From a virus (Duplodnaviria; Caudoviricetes), in IMG/VR virus record IMGVR_UViG_3300012942_001479, positions 1 through 43,033 of that record: a stretch of 43,033 nt of DNA; one strand, written 5' to 3'. The number at the start of each line of letters is the position of its first letter. Positions within the stretch are counted from its first letter, which is position 1. The notes under the pieces were generated by a model. It saw only the letters and a list, made by a program, of their open reading frames with translations. It was not told the DNA's origin and did no database searches. The position numbers and the translations under genes were made by a program. This document shows positions 26,177 through 36,900 of the stretch, one piece after another.

Positions 26177-28496
26177 TATCAAGACTCTACAGCGCTCGTT
26201 CGCCGGGGGTGAAGTCGCCCCCGAACTGCATGGCCGCATCGACCTGGTGAAGTATCAGACGGGACTGGCGCGGTGCGAAAACTTCCAGGTGCTGCCGCAC
26301 GGCCCGGTGCGCAACCGCCCCGGGTTCGAGTTCGTGAACTTCGCACAGGCGCAGGCCAACGACGGCGACAGTGAAGCGCCCCGCGTGCGCGTCATCCCCT
26401 TCGCCTTCAACACGGAACAAACCTATGTGCTCGAACTCGGCGCCGGGTACATCCGCATCTACACCCAGGGTTCGGCCCTGCTGGATGATGCGGCGCTGAC
26501 GATTGAGGGCATCACCCAGGCTGACCCGGCGGTGCTCACCTATAGCGGCGACACAGACCCAGCCGAAGGCGCTCACCTGTACCTGACCGGCATCGGCGGC
26601 ATGACGTGGCTGAGCAATCGCTTTGTGCGGGCCGTGAACGTGGACACCGTGGGCAAAACGTTCGATGTCTGGGATGACGACACTCCACTGGACACGACGG
26701 CCTACCCCGCCTATACCGCTGGCGGCGCGATCCGTCCGCCGGTCACAGTCGTCACGAGCTACACCGAGGCTGACCTTTTCGACATCCACTTCGTCCAGTC
26801 GGCTGACGTGCTCACGCTGGTGCACCCGGGGTATCCCCCCGCTGAGCTGCGCCGCACGGGCGCCACGACGTGGGAGCTGGTGGACATCACTTTCGTGCCC
26901 GCCATCGCCACGCCGGGTGCGCCCACGGTGACGGCTACGGTTGCCCCGCTGCCCAGCGGCGCCCCGGCTGACAATCCGATCACCCACCACTACAAGGTCA
27001 CGGCCATTGCTGACGACACGCTTGAAGAGTCGCTGGCATCGGTCGAGGCCACAGTGTCGAACGATCTGAACCGCCAGGGTAATTACAACTCGATCACACC
27101 CCCCACGGTGGCGGGCGCCGTGCGGTACAACATCTACAAGCTGGACGGGGTGTACGGCTACGTCGGGCAGTCCGATGGCAGCGCCTTCAAGGACGTGAAC
27201 ATCACGGCGGACGTCAGTCAGACCCCGCCGGAACTGAAAAACCCATTCGATGCCACCGACACTTACCCGGGGGCGGTGGGGTACTACGAGCAGCGCCGGT
27301 GCTTCGCAGGATCGAACGAGCGCCCTCAGAATTTCTGGGCCACCCGGTCGGCCACCGAGAACAATCTGTCCTACTCCATCCCCATGCGGGACGACGACTC
27401 GATCCAGTTTCGCATCGCCGCCCGGGAAGTGAACCGCATCCGGCACATCCTATCCCTGGATCAGCTCTTCCTGCTCACGTCGGGCGGTGAGTGGAAGGTG
27501 GCCCCGCAAAACTCCGATGTGCTCACCCCGACCACGGCGTCCCCAAAGCAGGTGTCGTCCGAGGGGGCCAGCAACGTCACCCCGGTCGTGACGGCCAGCA
27601 GCGTGCTGTTCGTCCAGGACACGGGCAGTCGCATGCGTGAACTGAAATACCAGTGGGAAGCGAACGGGTACAGCGTCAGCGACATTTCACTCATGGCGCC
27701 CCACCTGTTTGACGAATACAAGATCGTGGACATGGCCTACGCGAAGTCCCCTTATCGCTTCATTTGGTGCGTGCGATCGGACGGCGTGCTGCTGTGCTTG
27801 ACCTATCTGCCCGAACAGCAGGTGGTGGCGTGGAGCCAGCACCGGACGGCGGGCCGTTTCAAGTCTGTCGCCTGCATTCAGGAAGCCGGGGAATATGTGC
27901 TTTACGCTGTGATCGAGCGCTTCCTGCAAGGCCGCTGGAAAAACTGCATCGAGCGCATGCGCCCCCGGTTCTTCTCTACGCACGAGGATGCTTTCTTCGT
28001 GGACAGCGGCATGACCTACAAGGGGCCGGCCACCAAGACGGTGCGGGGCATGTGGCATCTGGAAGGGCAGGAAGTGTCTATCCTGGCCGACGGCGCCGTG
28101 CCACGCAAGCAGGCCATCAAGGACGGCGCGATCACCCTGGATCAGCCCGCCAGCACCATCCACATCGGCCTGCCGATGACGGCCTACCTGCAGACCCTGC
28201 CCCTATCGTTCGAGGCCCAGGCCGCCGGGCAGGGCTACACGAAAAACATCAACGAGGTCATTTTCCGCGTCAAGGAAACATCCGGCCTCGAAATCGGCCC
28301 GGACTTCGATCAGCTCGTGGACTGGACGCTGCGGCGCCAGGAAGCTGTAGGACTGCCTCCGGCCCTGTTCTCGGGCCTGAGCGAATTCCAGATCATGCCT
28401 GAATGGGGGCCGGACGCCCAAGTGTGTTTCCGCCAGGCTGCGCCTTTGCCTGCGTGCATCCTCTCGATGACGCTGGACACCGCTGTCGGCGGGTAG
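26169..28496 (+). CDS. Tail tubular protein B / nozzle
   Basis: SFAGGEVAP..GRID, RPG, QSADVL, VAWSQH and DSG motifs. Confidence 0.88.
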   Translation: MASIKTLQRSFAGGEVAPELHGRIDLVKYQTGLARCENFQVLPHGPVRNRPGFEFVNFAQAQANDGDSEAPRVRVIPFAFNTEQTYVLELGAGYIRIYTQGSALLDDAALTIEGITQADPAVLTYSGDTDPAEGAHLYLTGIGGMTWLSNRFVRAVNVDTVGKTFDVWDDDTPLDTTAYPAYTAGGAIRPPVTVVTSYTEADLFDIHFVQSADVLTLVHPGYPPAELRRTGATTWELVDITFVPAIATPGAPTVTATVAPLPSGAPADNPITHHYKVTAIADDTLEESLASVEATVSNDLNRQGNYNSITPPTVAGAVRYNIYKLDGVYGYVGQSDGSAFKDVNITADVSQTPPELKNPFDATDTYPGAVGYYEQRRCFAGSNERPQNFWATRSATENNLSYSIPMRDDDSIQFRIAAREVNRIRHILSLDQLFLLTSGGEWKVAPQNSDVLTPTTASPKQVSSEGASNVTPVVTASSVLFVQDTGSRMRELKYQWEANGYSVSDISLMAPHLFDEYKIVDMAYAKSPYRFIWCVRSDGVLLCLTYLPEQQVVAWSQHRTAGRFKSVACIQEAGEYVLYAVIERFLQGRWKNCIERMRPRFFSTHEDAFFVDSGMTYKGPATKTVRGMWHLEGQEVSILADGAVPRKQAIKDGAITLDQPASTIHIGLPMTAYLQTLPLSFEAQAAGQGYTKNINEVIFRVKETSGLEIGPDFDQLVDWTLRRQEAVGLPPALFSGLSEFQIMPEWGPDAQVCFRQAAPLPACILSMTLDTAVGG

Positions 28497-28497
28497 T

Positions 28498-28531
28498 CCG
28501 TGGCCTTGAAGCTCAGGCGGGCGGCTACGCT
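28498..28531 (+). promoter_or_regulatory. Late promoter motif copy 4: CCGTGGCCTTGA-N16-TACGCT
   Basis: Intergenic, upstream of the internal virion protein genes. Confidence 0.75.
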
Positions 28532-28557
28532 GGGGCCAATATTTTGAGGAGTCATCC

Positions 28558-29202
28558 ATGTCTGGTGCATCCAGTATGGCCGCTGTCGGAATTGGCATGT
28601 CTGTGGTGGGCACCGTCGGCAGCATGGCCGCATCCCGTCAGGCGGCTGAAGCGCAGCAGCGTCAACTGCAGCAGCAGGCCAACGCCAACGCCTACCAGGC
28701 GCAGGTCAGCCGCAACAATGCCATGGTGGCCGAGTGGCAAGCCCGATCCGCGCTGCAAGCCGGGGCGAAGGCCGAGCAGACGCAGCGGCTGAAAGCAGCA
28801 AGCCTCACCGGGACGCAACGCGCCAGGCTGGCGGCGAACGGTGTGGACCTGGGCCAGGGCAACGCGCTGAATATCCTCATGGACACCGAGTACATGAATG
28901 AGCGGGATGTCCAGACGATCAAGGACAATGCCTCGCTCAAGGCCTGGGGCTACCGCATGGACGGGCAGAACGCACTGAGCAATGCGGGCCTGTTGGACAT
29001 CAGCGCGATCAATGCCAGAGACGCGGCGGGGGCCATCAACCCGACGGCTGCAGCCGGGAGCACGATGCTCAGTGGCCTGGGGCAAGTGGCGTCCTCGTGG
29101 TACCGGTATTCGCAAGGCTTCAAGCCCCCCACGTCAACAGGCTTCGTGAACGCGGGGGGCGGTAGCACTCTCACGCCTTTCGACATCAGTTCGAGGTTCT
29201 GA
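28558..29202 (+). CDS. Internal virion (ejection) protein, T7 gp14-like
   Basis: Ala/Gln-rich, GTQRARLAANGVDLG motif; GAGGAG RBS. Confidence 0.8.
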   Translation: MSGASSMAAVGIGMSVVGTVGSMAASRQAAEAQQRQLQQQANANAYQAQVSRNNAMVAEWQARSALQAGAKAEQTQRLKAASLTGTQRARLAANGVDLGQGNALNILMDTEYMNERDVQTIKDNASLKAWGYRMDGQNALSNAGLLDISAINARDAAGAINPTAAAGSTMLSGLGQVASSWYRYSQGFKPPTSTGFVNAGGGSTLTPFDISSRF

Positions 29203-29203
29203 T

Positions 29204-30937
29204 ATGCCGCGTGTGCCGACTTACGATCAGCCTGCCGTCACGCCGGACCTGGTACCGGGCGTGCGGCAGAGTTCCGTCGCATCCCCCGCGCTGTTTGGCC
29301 TGCAGGACCGTGTGCTGGAACAGCAAGCCCAGCAGCGCCTCGCTGGCGCCCAGGCCCTCACCCGTGCAGGTGGGGGCGTGCTGGACTTCGCGCTCAAGAT
29401 GCAGGAGCGCGACGATCTGGAAACGATCTTCACGCAGGAGGCCGCGCTCAAGGATAGCTGGCTGCAGTTCGAGACTGAGGCCCGCAAGCGCCAGGGCGCC
29501 AACGCCAAGGGGATCACGCAGGACGCGGACGACTGGTTCCAGCAGCAGCACCGGGATCTCACCAAGGGTTTCACCAACGCGAACCAGCAGCTTGCTTTTG
29601 AGCGGATCTTTCAGCGCACCCGGCAGTCGGCCCTGTCTTCCATGTCGGGGTATGAATTCCGTGAAGGGGAAAAGTCCTTCCTGGATTCCGCGCAGGCTTC
29701 CATCGATGGCTCTATCCGCATGGCCGCAAACGCCGCGATCGATCCGAAAAACGATCCCCGCCCGGTGCTGTCACAGTCCCGTGGGGAAATCCTGCAGCGC
29801 ATCGATGCCGTGGCCGCCAGTCAGGGCTGGACGCCGGAAATCGTGGAAAGCAAGAAGGCGGCCATGCTCGATAAGCTGCACACGAGCGCCATTCAGTCCA
29901 TGGTGGACACCAGCCCCGGGCGGGCACGGGCGTACTACCAGGACGTGAAGGACGAGGTATCACCTGAGCACCGTGCGCAGATCCAGAAATGGTTCGAGAC
30001 GACCGACCTGCGCGGCATGGTGCAGGGGTATACCGACAAGGTGCTGGCCTCGGGCGTGTCGGAAGCGGACGCTATCCGCCAGGCCCGTGAAAAGTATTCC
30101 GGGCGGCAGGAAGAAGCCGTCGTAGCGGGCATCAAGGTGCGCTTTTCCGAATTGCGCCAAGCCAACGAGGCTGGGCAGAAAGAGGCGGCAGACCAGGCCT
30201 GGGACTCGTACGCCCGCTCTGGCGACCTGAGCACGGTGCCCGCCTCTGTGCTGGACAACATGGATGGCCGCGCCCGGTTGAGCCTGGAAGACTATGCGCA
30301 CAAGAAAGCCCTGGGCGAACCCGTAAAGACGGACAAGGGTACCTATCTGGACCTGCGGCAAATGGCCGCCAGCGATCCGGATGCGTTCCAGCGACTGGAT
30401 CTGCGCCAGTACATGAATCGGCTGTCGGACAGCGACTTTCAGGAGTTCGCCCGGCTGCAGTCCAGCCCCGAGAAAATCCGCACGGCCAGTATCGACACTG
30501 AAGACTTCAACCACATCGCCCGCGAAGTCGGCCTCGATCCAGACGCCACCGGCAAGGACCCCAAGGCAAAGGCCCAGCTCGGGGAGCTGCGCTATTCCAT
30601 CGAACAGAAAATCGATGCGGCCCAGACAGAGAAAAAGCGCCAGCTCAGCCGGTCGGAAAAGCTGGACATCATGCGCGGGGAGCTGGACAACAAGGTGATG
30701 GTTGACGAGTGGGGGCGCGATCCGGCCAAGCCCTTGATCATGCTCACGCCCGACCAAACCAAGGACGCCTATGTCGTCGTGAAAAGCCCGGACGGCAAGC
30801 CCTTCGATGTGAAGCTCTCGGAGATCCCCGCCCGGGATCGTGCCCAGATCATCCGCGCCCGCCGGGCGCAGGGCCTTCCCACGACTGAGCAGGACATCGC
30901 CACCTACTACATGCGCCGCACAAAAGGCTGGAAGTAA
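29204..30937 (+). CDS. Internal virion (ejection) protein, helical
   Basis: MPRVPTY start; position between the gp14-like gene and the giant gene. Confidence 0.75.
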   Translation: MPRVPTYDQPAVTPDLVPGVRQSSVASPALFGLQDRVLEQQAQQRLAGAQALTRAGGGVLDFALKMQERDDLETIFTQEAALKDSWLQFETEARKRQGANAKGITQDADDWFQQQHRDLTKGFTNANQQLAFERIFQRTRQSALSSMSGYEFREGEKSFLDSAQASIDGSIRMAANAAIDPKNDPRPVLSQSRGEILQRIDAVAASQGWTPEIVESKKAAMLDKLHTSAIQSMVDTSPGRARAYYQDVKDEVSPEHRAQIQKWFETTDLRGMVQGYTDKVLASGVSEADAIRQAREKYSGRQEEAVVAGIKVRFSELRQANEAGQKEAADQAWDSYARSGDLSTVPASVLDNMDGRARLSLEDYAHKKALGEPVKTDKGTYLDLRQMAASDPDAFQRLDLRQYMNRLSDSDFQEFARLQSSPEKIRTASIDTEDFNHIAREVGLDPDATGKDPKAKAQLGELRYSIEQKIDAAQTEKKRQLSRSEKLDIMRGELDNKVMVDEWGRDPAKPLIMLTPDQTKDAYVVVKSPDGKPFDVKLSEIPARDRAQIIRARRAQGLPTTEQDIATYYMRRTKGWK

Positions 30938-33900
30938 TGCCCACAAACGAATACGACGACTTCGCCCGCGCCGACGCTGGTGTTTCCGCAACCGAGGGCC
31001 TGCTGACCCCCGGCAATATCGATCTGAGCACCCGGCCTGTCGTGCGAAACGACGACGGCACAATCAGCACCGTGCGCTCCATGTCCTTCAATGAGGACGG
31101 CCAGGAAATCCTGATCCCAACGGTGGCGGCTGACGGCTCCGGCATCCTGGATGACAGCGCCGCCGTGGCTCAGTATCGGCGCACGGGCCAGCACCTGGGC
31201 AAGTTCGACACGCCCGACCACGCCACTCGATACGCTCAGCAACTGCACGCTCAGCAACTGCACGAGCAGCAAGCCACGGAATACGGGCCGGGCAGTGCGA
31301 ACGACGATTACGCGCAAATGGCGACTGCCGACGCGGAAGCTCGCGACGTGGCTGTGCAGGCGACGGTGAACAAGGCGCTGTACACCATGCCGGACGATGC
31401 GGCCACGGTGAAGAACATGGCCGACCGCTCGGGCTTGCCTGAGCCTGTCGTGGAGCGCAATCGGGATGAAGTGTCCCGTGTGCTGCGGCTGCGCGACATC
31501 CGCCAGGCGCTGGCCGACTCGCCCATCCTGACGCGGCAAATGACAGACCCGGAATTCGCCCGGCTGGCCCACGACGACGTGGAAAGCCTATCAGCGGTGG
31601 AGCGTGAATTCGGTGTGATGCGTGAAACCCCGCGCCCCGAACCGACCGTCATGAATTACATGCGGGGCCTGTGGTCGTCCCTCACGCAAGGCGCCGAACA
31701 AATGCGATTGGGCACTGAGCTGCAAAGCGAGGATCTGCTGGGCGACGGCAGCGCCGACAGCCGCATCTACCGGGAAAACTTGCTGCGCCAGTACCGGCAG
31801 GCCGAAGGCCGCATTGAAGCCACCACGCCCGCGTTCGAGACGGAAACCGCGCAGGGCATCTACGGGGGGTTTTCCAGCTTGCTGCAACAACTGCCTGGGC
31901 TGGCGGCGGCCATCGCCACCCGAAACCCTTACCTGGCCCTGGGCTACGCCGGGTGGCAGGTGCAGACTCAGTCCTACGGGAAATACCGCGCCCGTGGCGG
32001 TACGCCGGGTGAAGCCTTCCTGGGCGGCACGGCGGAGGGCGCCCTGGAAGCCGCCACGGAACTACTGCCGATGGGCTTTCTGGTGAACCGTTTCGGGAAG
32101 GAAGGCACCAAGGCTTTCCTGGGCGGCCTGCTGCTGCGCGAACTGCCCAGCGAACAGATCGCCACCTTCACGCAGGACGCGGTGGACACGGCCATCGCAA
32201 ACCCGACCAAGACCTGGGGCGACTTCTTCAGCGAACGGGGCAGCGCAGCCTACCAGACGGCCCTGGCGACACTCGTGCAGTCGGGCGCACTGGCCGGTAC
32301 GCACTCGCTGGCCCGCCGGGTCGTGGGCGACAGCCTCAAGGTGCAGGAATCGGCGCAGGGCGCGGGCTTCCTGGCCCGGCTCACTGAGCTGGCCCGGGCG
32401 TCGAAAACCGCCCAGCGCACCCCCGACACTTTCGAGAAATTCGTGGCCGAAGCCGCCGAGGATGGCCCTGTGAAGGAGGTCTACATCACGGCGGACGCGC
32501 TCATGCAGTCCGGCCTGGCCGACCAGGTGGCCGCTGTGTCGCCTGCCGTGGCCGCCCAGCTACCGCTGGCCTCTCAGACCGGCGGGCAGATCGCCATCCC
32601 CGTCGAAGAGTATGCGGCCCACATTGCCTCCACGGAATTCAACCAGGGCCTGCTGGACCACCTGAAGACGGACCCGGATGGCTTCAGCCAGGCCGAAGCG
32701 CGGACCTACCTGCAGAGTCAGCGCGAAGAGCTGGAACAGGAGGTCGAGAAAGCCGCTCAGGATCAGCAGGCAGTGGATGCGTTCAGGGCGTCGGCGGACG
32801 CCGTGCGGGCGCAGGTGAAGGCCCAGCTTGAGGCCACGGGCCGGTTTACGCCGCAGGTGAATGACGCCTACGCCGCGCTGTGGGCAAACTTCTTCAGCGG
32901 CCAGGCCGCCCGCCTTGAGGGCGCAACCCCTGAAGGCTTGTTCAAGCAGTACTACCCCACCGTGGTGGCCGAGAACGTGGCCGCCGGGCCAGTGCTGGAT
33001 CAGACTGCGCCTGAAAATTCGGCCCTTAGCGCAGTCAATCCGAATATACTGAAGCAGAGCCGGAGGAAGCGCGATGACTACACAATCGACATGTTCGGGG
33101 TACCAGACCCCGCCGGAACGACTGAAACCCCTGGACCCGCAGCACCCGAAATTTCTGGGGACGTACACCCCCAGGGCACCCTATCGCGTGACGACGCTCC
33201 CGGTCGATTCGCAAACCGAACCATCCTTGTCGAAGACACCGAACGGAAGATCGGGGCAAGCCAAGTAACCAACGCCGAGGAAGCAGCCCAGGCTTTGGCC
33301 TATCTCGGTCGGGGCGCTGTTGAGCGCTTTGACGCGCTGGTCACTGATGCCAACGGTAAACCCCTTGCTATTGTCGGCTCGTTCAAAGGCGCGATCTCGC
33401 AGGCGTCAGTATTCCCCGCAACGCTTGCGGGCGAAGCGTTCCGCGTGCCAGGGGCGGCGCACCTGTGGGCGGCGCACAACCACCCCAGCGGCAATCCGAC
33501 GCTAAGCCCTGCAGACATCAACCTGACCCGCGCCCTGGGGAATATCTTCAGGGGTAGCGACATACAACTGCACGGGCTTTTCGCTATTTCTGGGAGCGCA
33601 CCGGGAGCCGCCCGGCAGTGGACCCTGGTGGACCCTTACACCAGCGAACAGTCGGCAGGCATTGCCGCCCCCAGCAAAGCCACGATGTCTGTCCCGGCGG
33701 TTGACCGCATCTATAGCGAAAAGGGCCAGCTCGGACCCGCAGTGACGACGCCAGCCGCCGCCCGATCTGTTATTCCCCGGGTGGCGGGCAACCAATCCGG
33801 CCTGGTTCTCCTAGACACCCAGCTCACGCCTATCGGCTTCATGCCGTTGCAGCCGAACGAAATGGGTGTGCTCCGCCGCGACGGGCGCATGGACGCCTTG

Positions 33901-36900
33901 TATCGCGCCATCTCCATGGCAAACGCCTCGGCGGCCATGTTCGTTAACCGGGACGGCGCGTACACCACGCAGCAAGTTGGCAATGTCGCGGGGCTTCTCA
34001 ATTCCCTTGACGTGCGCGTGCTGGACGTGCTGGACGTTGCGGGGGATACGGTTCAATCTCAAGCTGAACAGGGCGCCTCTTTCAGCGGTACGAAATTCGA
34101 TCAGACCGCCCGGGGGTCGTTCAACCCTAGCACCAACACCATTGCTCTGCTGCAGGCGGCTGACCTGTCCACCTTCCTGCACGAGTCGGGGCACTTCTTC
34201 CTGGAAGTGCAGACCGACATCGCGGGCAAGCTGCGCCAGCAGGCCGAGATCTTCGGCGCCGACACGCTCAAGCCCGAAGAGCGGCAACTGCTGGCCGATA
34301 CGGACGCGCTCATGCAGTGGTTTGGGGTGGGCACGCTGACCGACTGGTACAGCATGGACCTGGAACAAAAGCGCACCTATCACGAGCAGTTTGCCCGGGG
34401 GTTCGAGTCCTACCTGTTCGAGGGCAAGGCCCCCAGCATCGAGCTGCAGGGCCTGTTCCAACGCTTCCGGGCGTGGCTGCTGAGCGTCTACAAGGATCTG
34501 AAGGCGCTGAACGTCACCCTCACCGATGACGTGCGTAGCGTCTTCGACCGGATGCTGGCGACCAATGACCAGATCACGCTGGCGGAACAGGGCCGCAGCA
34601 TGATGCCCCTGTTTGAGTCGGCGGAACAGGCGGGCATGACGCCCGATGAATTCGCGGCCTACCAGGCGCTGGGGTCGAGCGCCACCGCCGATGCCATCCA
34701 GGATCTGCAGGCCAAGGGCCTGCGGGATATGCAGTGGCTGCACAACGCCCGGGGGCGCGTGCTGAAGGATCTGCAGAAGGAAGCCGCCGCCCGCCGGTCC
34801 GAGGTGCGCATGGAGGCCCGCCGGGAAATCTTGAACGAACCGGTGTACCGGGCCTGGCAGTTCCTGACGGGCAAGATCGGCGCCGATGACAAGATCGCGC
34901 CGCGCAAGGATGGCACGACCGGTCCAGACCTTGATCCGGTCAACGACTCGCTTTTCGTGGCGATTGCCAAGCTGGGCGGGATCGACCGCGAGGAAGCCAA
35001 ATCGCAATGGGGCGTAGACCACAAAGAGGTCGGGCCGGGATCTGTGTTCGGCAAGCCCATCCTGCGCAAGACCGGCGGGCGGACGCTGGACGACATGCGC
35101 CAGGCGCTGATCGAACAGGGGTATCTGTCGCCGGAAGACGCCACGGGCGACTGGAACCCCCGAGAGTTTGAAGACCGCTTCGACGCGGAACTGCGGGGGG
35201 ACACGCAGTACTCGCTTTCCCATGACTTCGCTGCCGACCAGGACATCCAGGCCGGGGGCGAACTGGCGAACCCGACAGCGCTGTCAGCGGGCCGTCTGGA
35301 CGCCGGGGAGCTGTCCATCATGAACTTGCCGCAGGAGGTGCTGGACGCCCTGAATGCCCGCAAGATGGTGGCAAAGCACGGCCTGCACCCGGACATCGTG
35401 GCGGCGCTGCCCGGCATCGAAATGACATCCGGCGCTGAGCTGGTGCAGAAACTGGCCGAAGCGCAGCCCCTGCACGAAGTCATCGAGGCGGCTACCGACG
35501 TGAAAATGCTGGAACGCTACGGGGATCTGTCCAGCCCCGAAGCCATTGCGCGGGCGGCTGACAAGGCCGTTCACAACGAGGCCCGCGCCCGATTCTCTGC
35601 TACTGAAGCCGAAGTGCTGCAGCGGCTTGCCAATCCGACGGCCCCCACGGGCAAGATCGACCGCCGGGGACGGGCCGTATCCCGTGGCATCCTGTTGCCC
35701 GCCGCCAGGGAGTTCGCCCAGAACGTGATCGCCCGCGTGCGCGTGCGCGACCTGCGCCCGGCGCAGTACGCCAACGCAGAGGCCCGGGCGGCCCAGAACG
35801 CCGTTCGGGCGGCGAAGGCTGGCGACGTGATGACAGCAGCCGCTGAGAAACGCAACCAGGTCATACAGCAGCAGCTCACGAAAGCGACCTATGACGCCCA
35901 GGATGAAGTCGGCAAAGCCGTGCGCTACCTGCGCAAGTTCGACAACGCGGGCACGCGCAAGAGCATCGACGCGGACTACCTGGACCAGATCGACCAGCTA
36001 CTGGAACGGTTCGACCTGCGGGCCAGCGTCAGCAACAAGGAAGCCGCCCGGCGTAAGAGCCTGCTGGAATGGGTGCAGGCCCAGCAGGAGCTGGGCTTCG
36101 ACCCAGACGTGCCCGATGTGCTGCTGGCGCGGGCCCAGCGCAAGCCATACCGGGAACTGACCGTCACGGAATTGCGGGGCGTGCTCGATACGGTGAAGCA
36201 GATCGAACACCTGGGCAGGCTCAAGAACCGGCTGCTCACGGCGGCGGACAATCGGGCCTTTTCCCAGATCGTGGATGAAATCTCGGCCTCGATCCAGGAC
36301 AATGCCAAGCGCACCGTGAAGGAGCGGCGCACGTCCGACCGGGGGCGCCTGGCCGACATCGGTTCGCTGTTTCGCAACTTCACGGCGGACCACCGCAAGT
36401 TCGCCAGCCTGGTGCGCGAAATGGATGGCTGGCAGGACGGCGGCTCCATGTGGGAATACCTGGCGCAGTCCATGAACCGCGCCGGGGATCGTGAAGCCGT
36501 CATGCGCGAACAGGCCACCATCGCCCTGTCCAATCTGCTCAAGCCGATCCTGAAAACCGGCAAGCTGGATGAAAAGACCTTTTTCCGGTCGGTCGGCAAG
36601 TCCTTCACCCGAGAGGAACGTATCGGCCTCGCGCTGAATATGGGCAACGAAACGAACCGGGAGCGCTTGGTTTCTGGCGAAGGCCTGCCGCCTGCCGTGC
36701 AGCGGGAGATCCTGGACACCCTCACCAAAGAGGAAATGGATTTCGTGCAAAGCGTCTGGGACTACCTGGACACCTACTGGTCGGAGATTGTCGCCAAGCA
36801 GCGCCGGGTGCAGGGCATCACGTCAGAGAAGGTGCAGGCCCTGCCGGTCGAAACCAAGCACGGCACCTACCGAGGCGGCTATTACCCGATCAAATACGAC

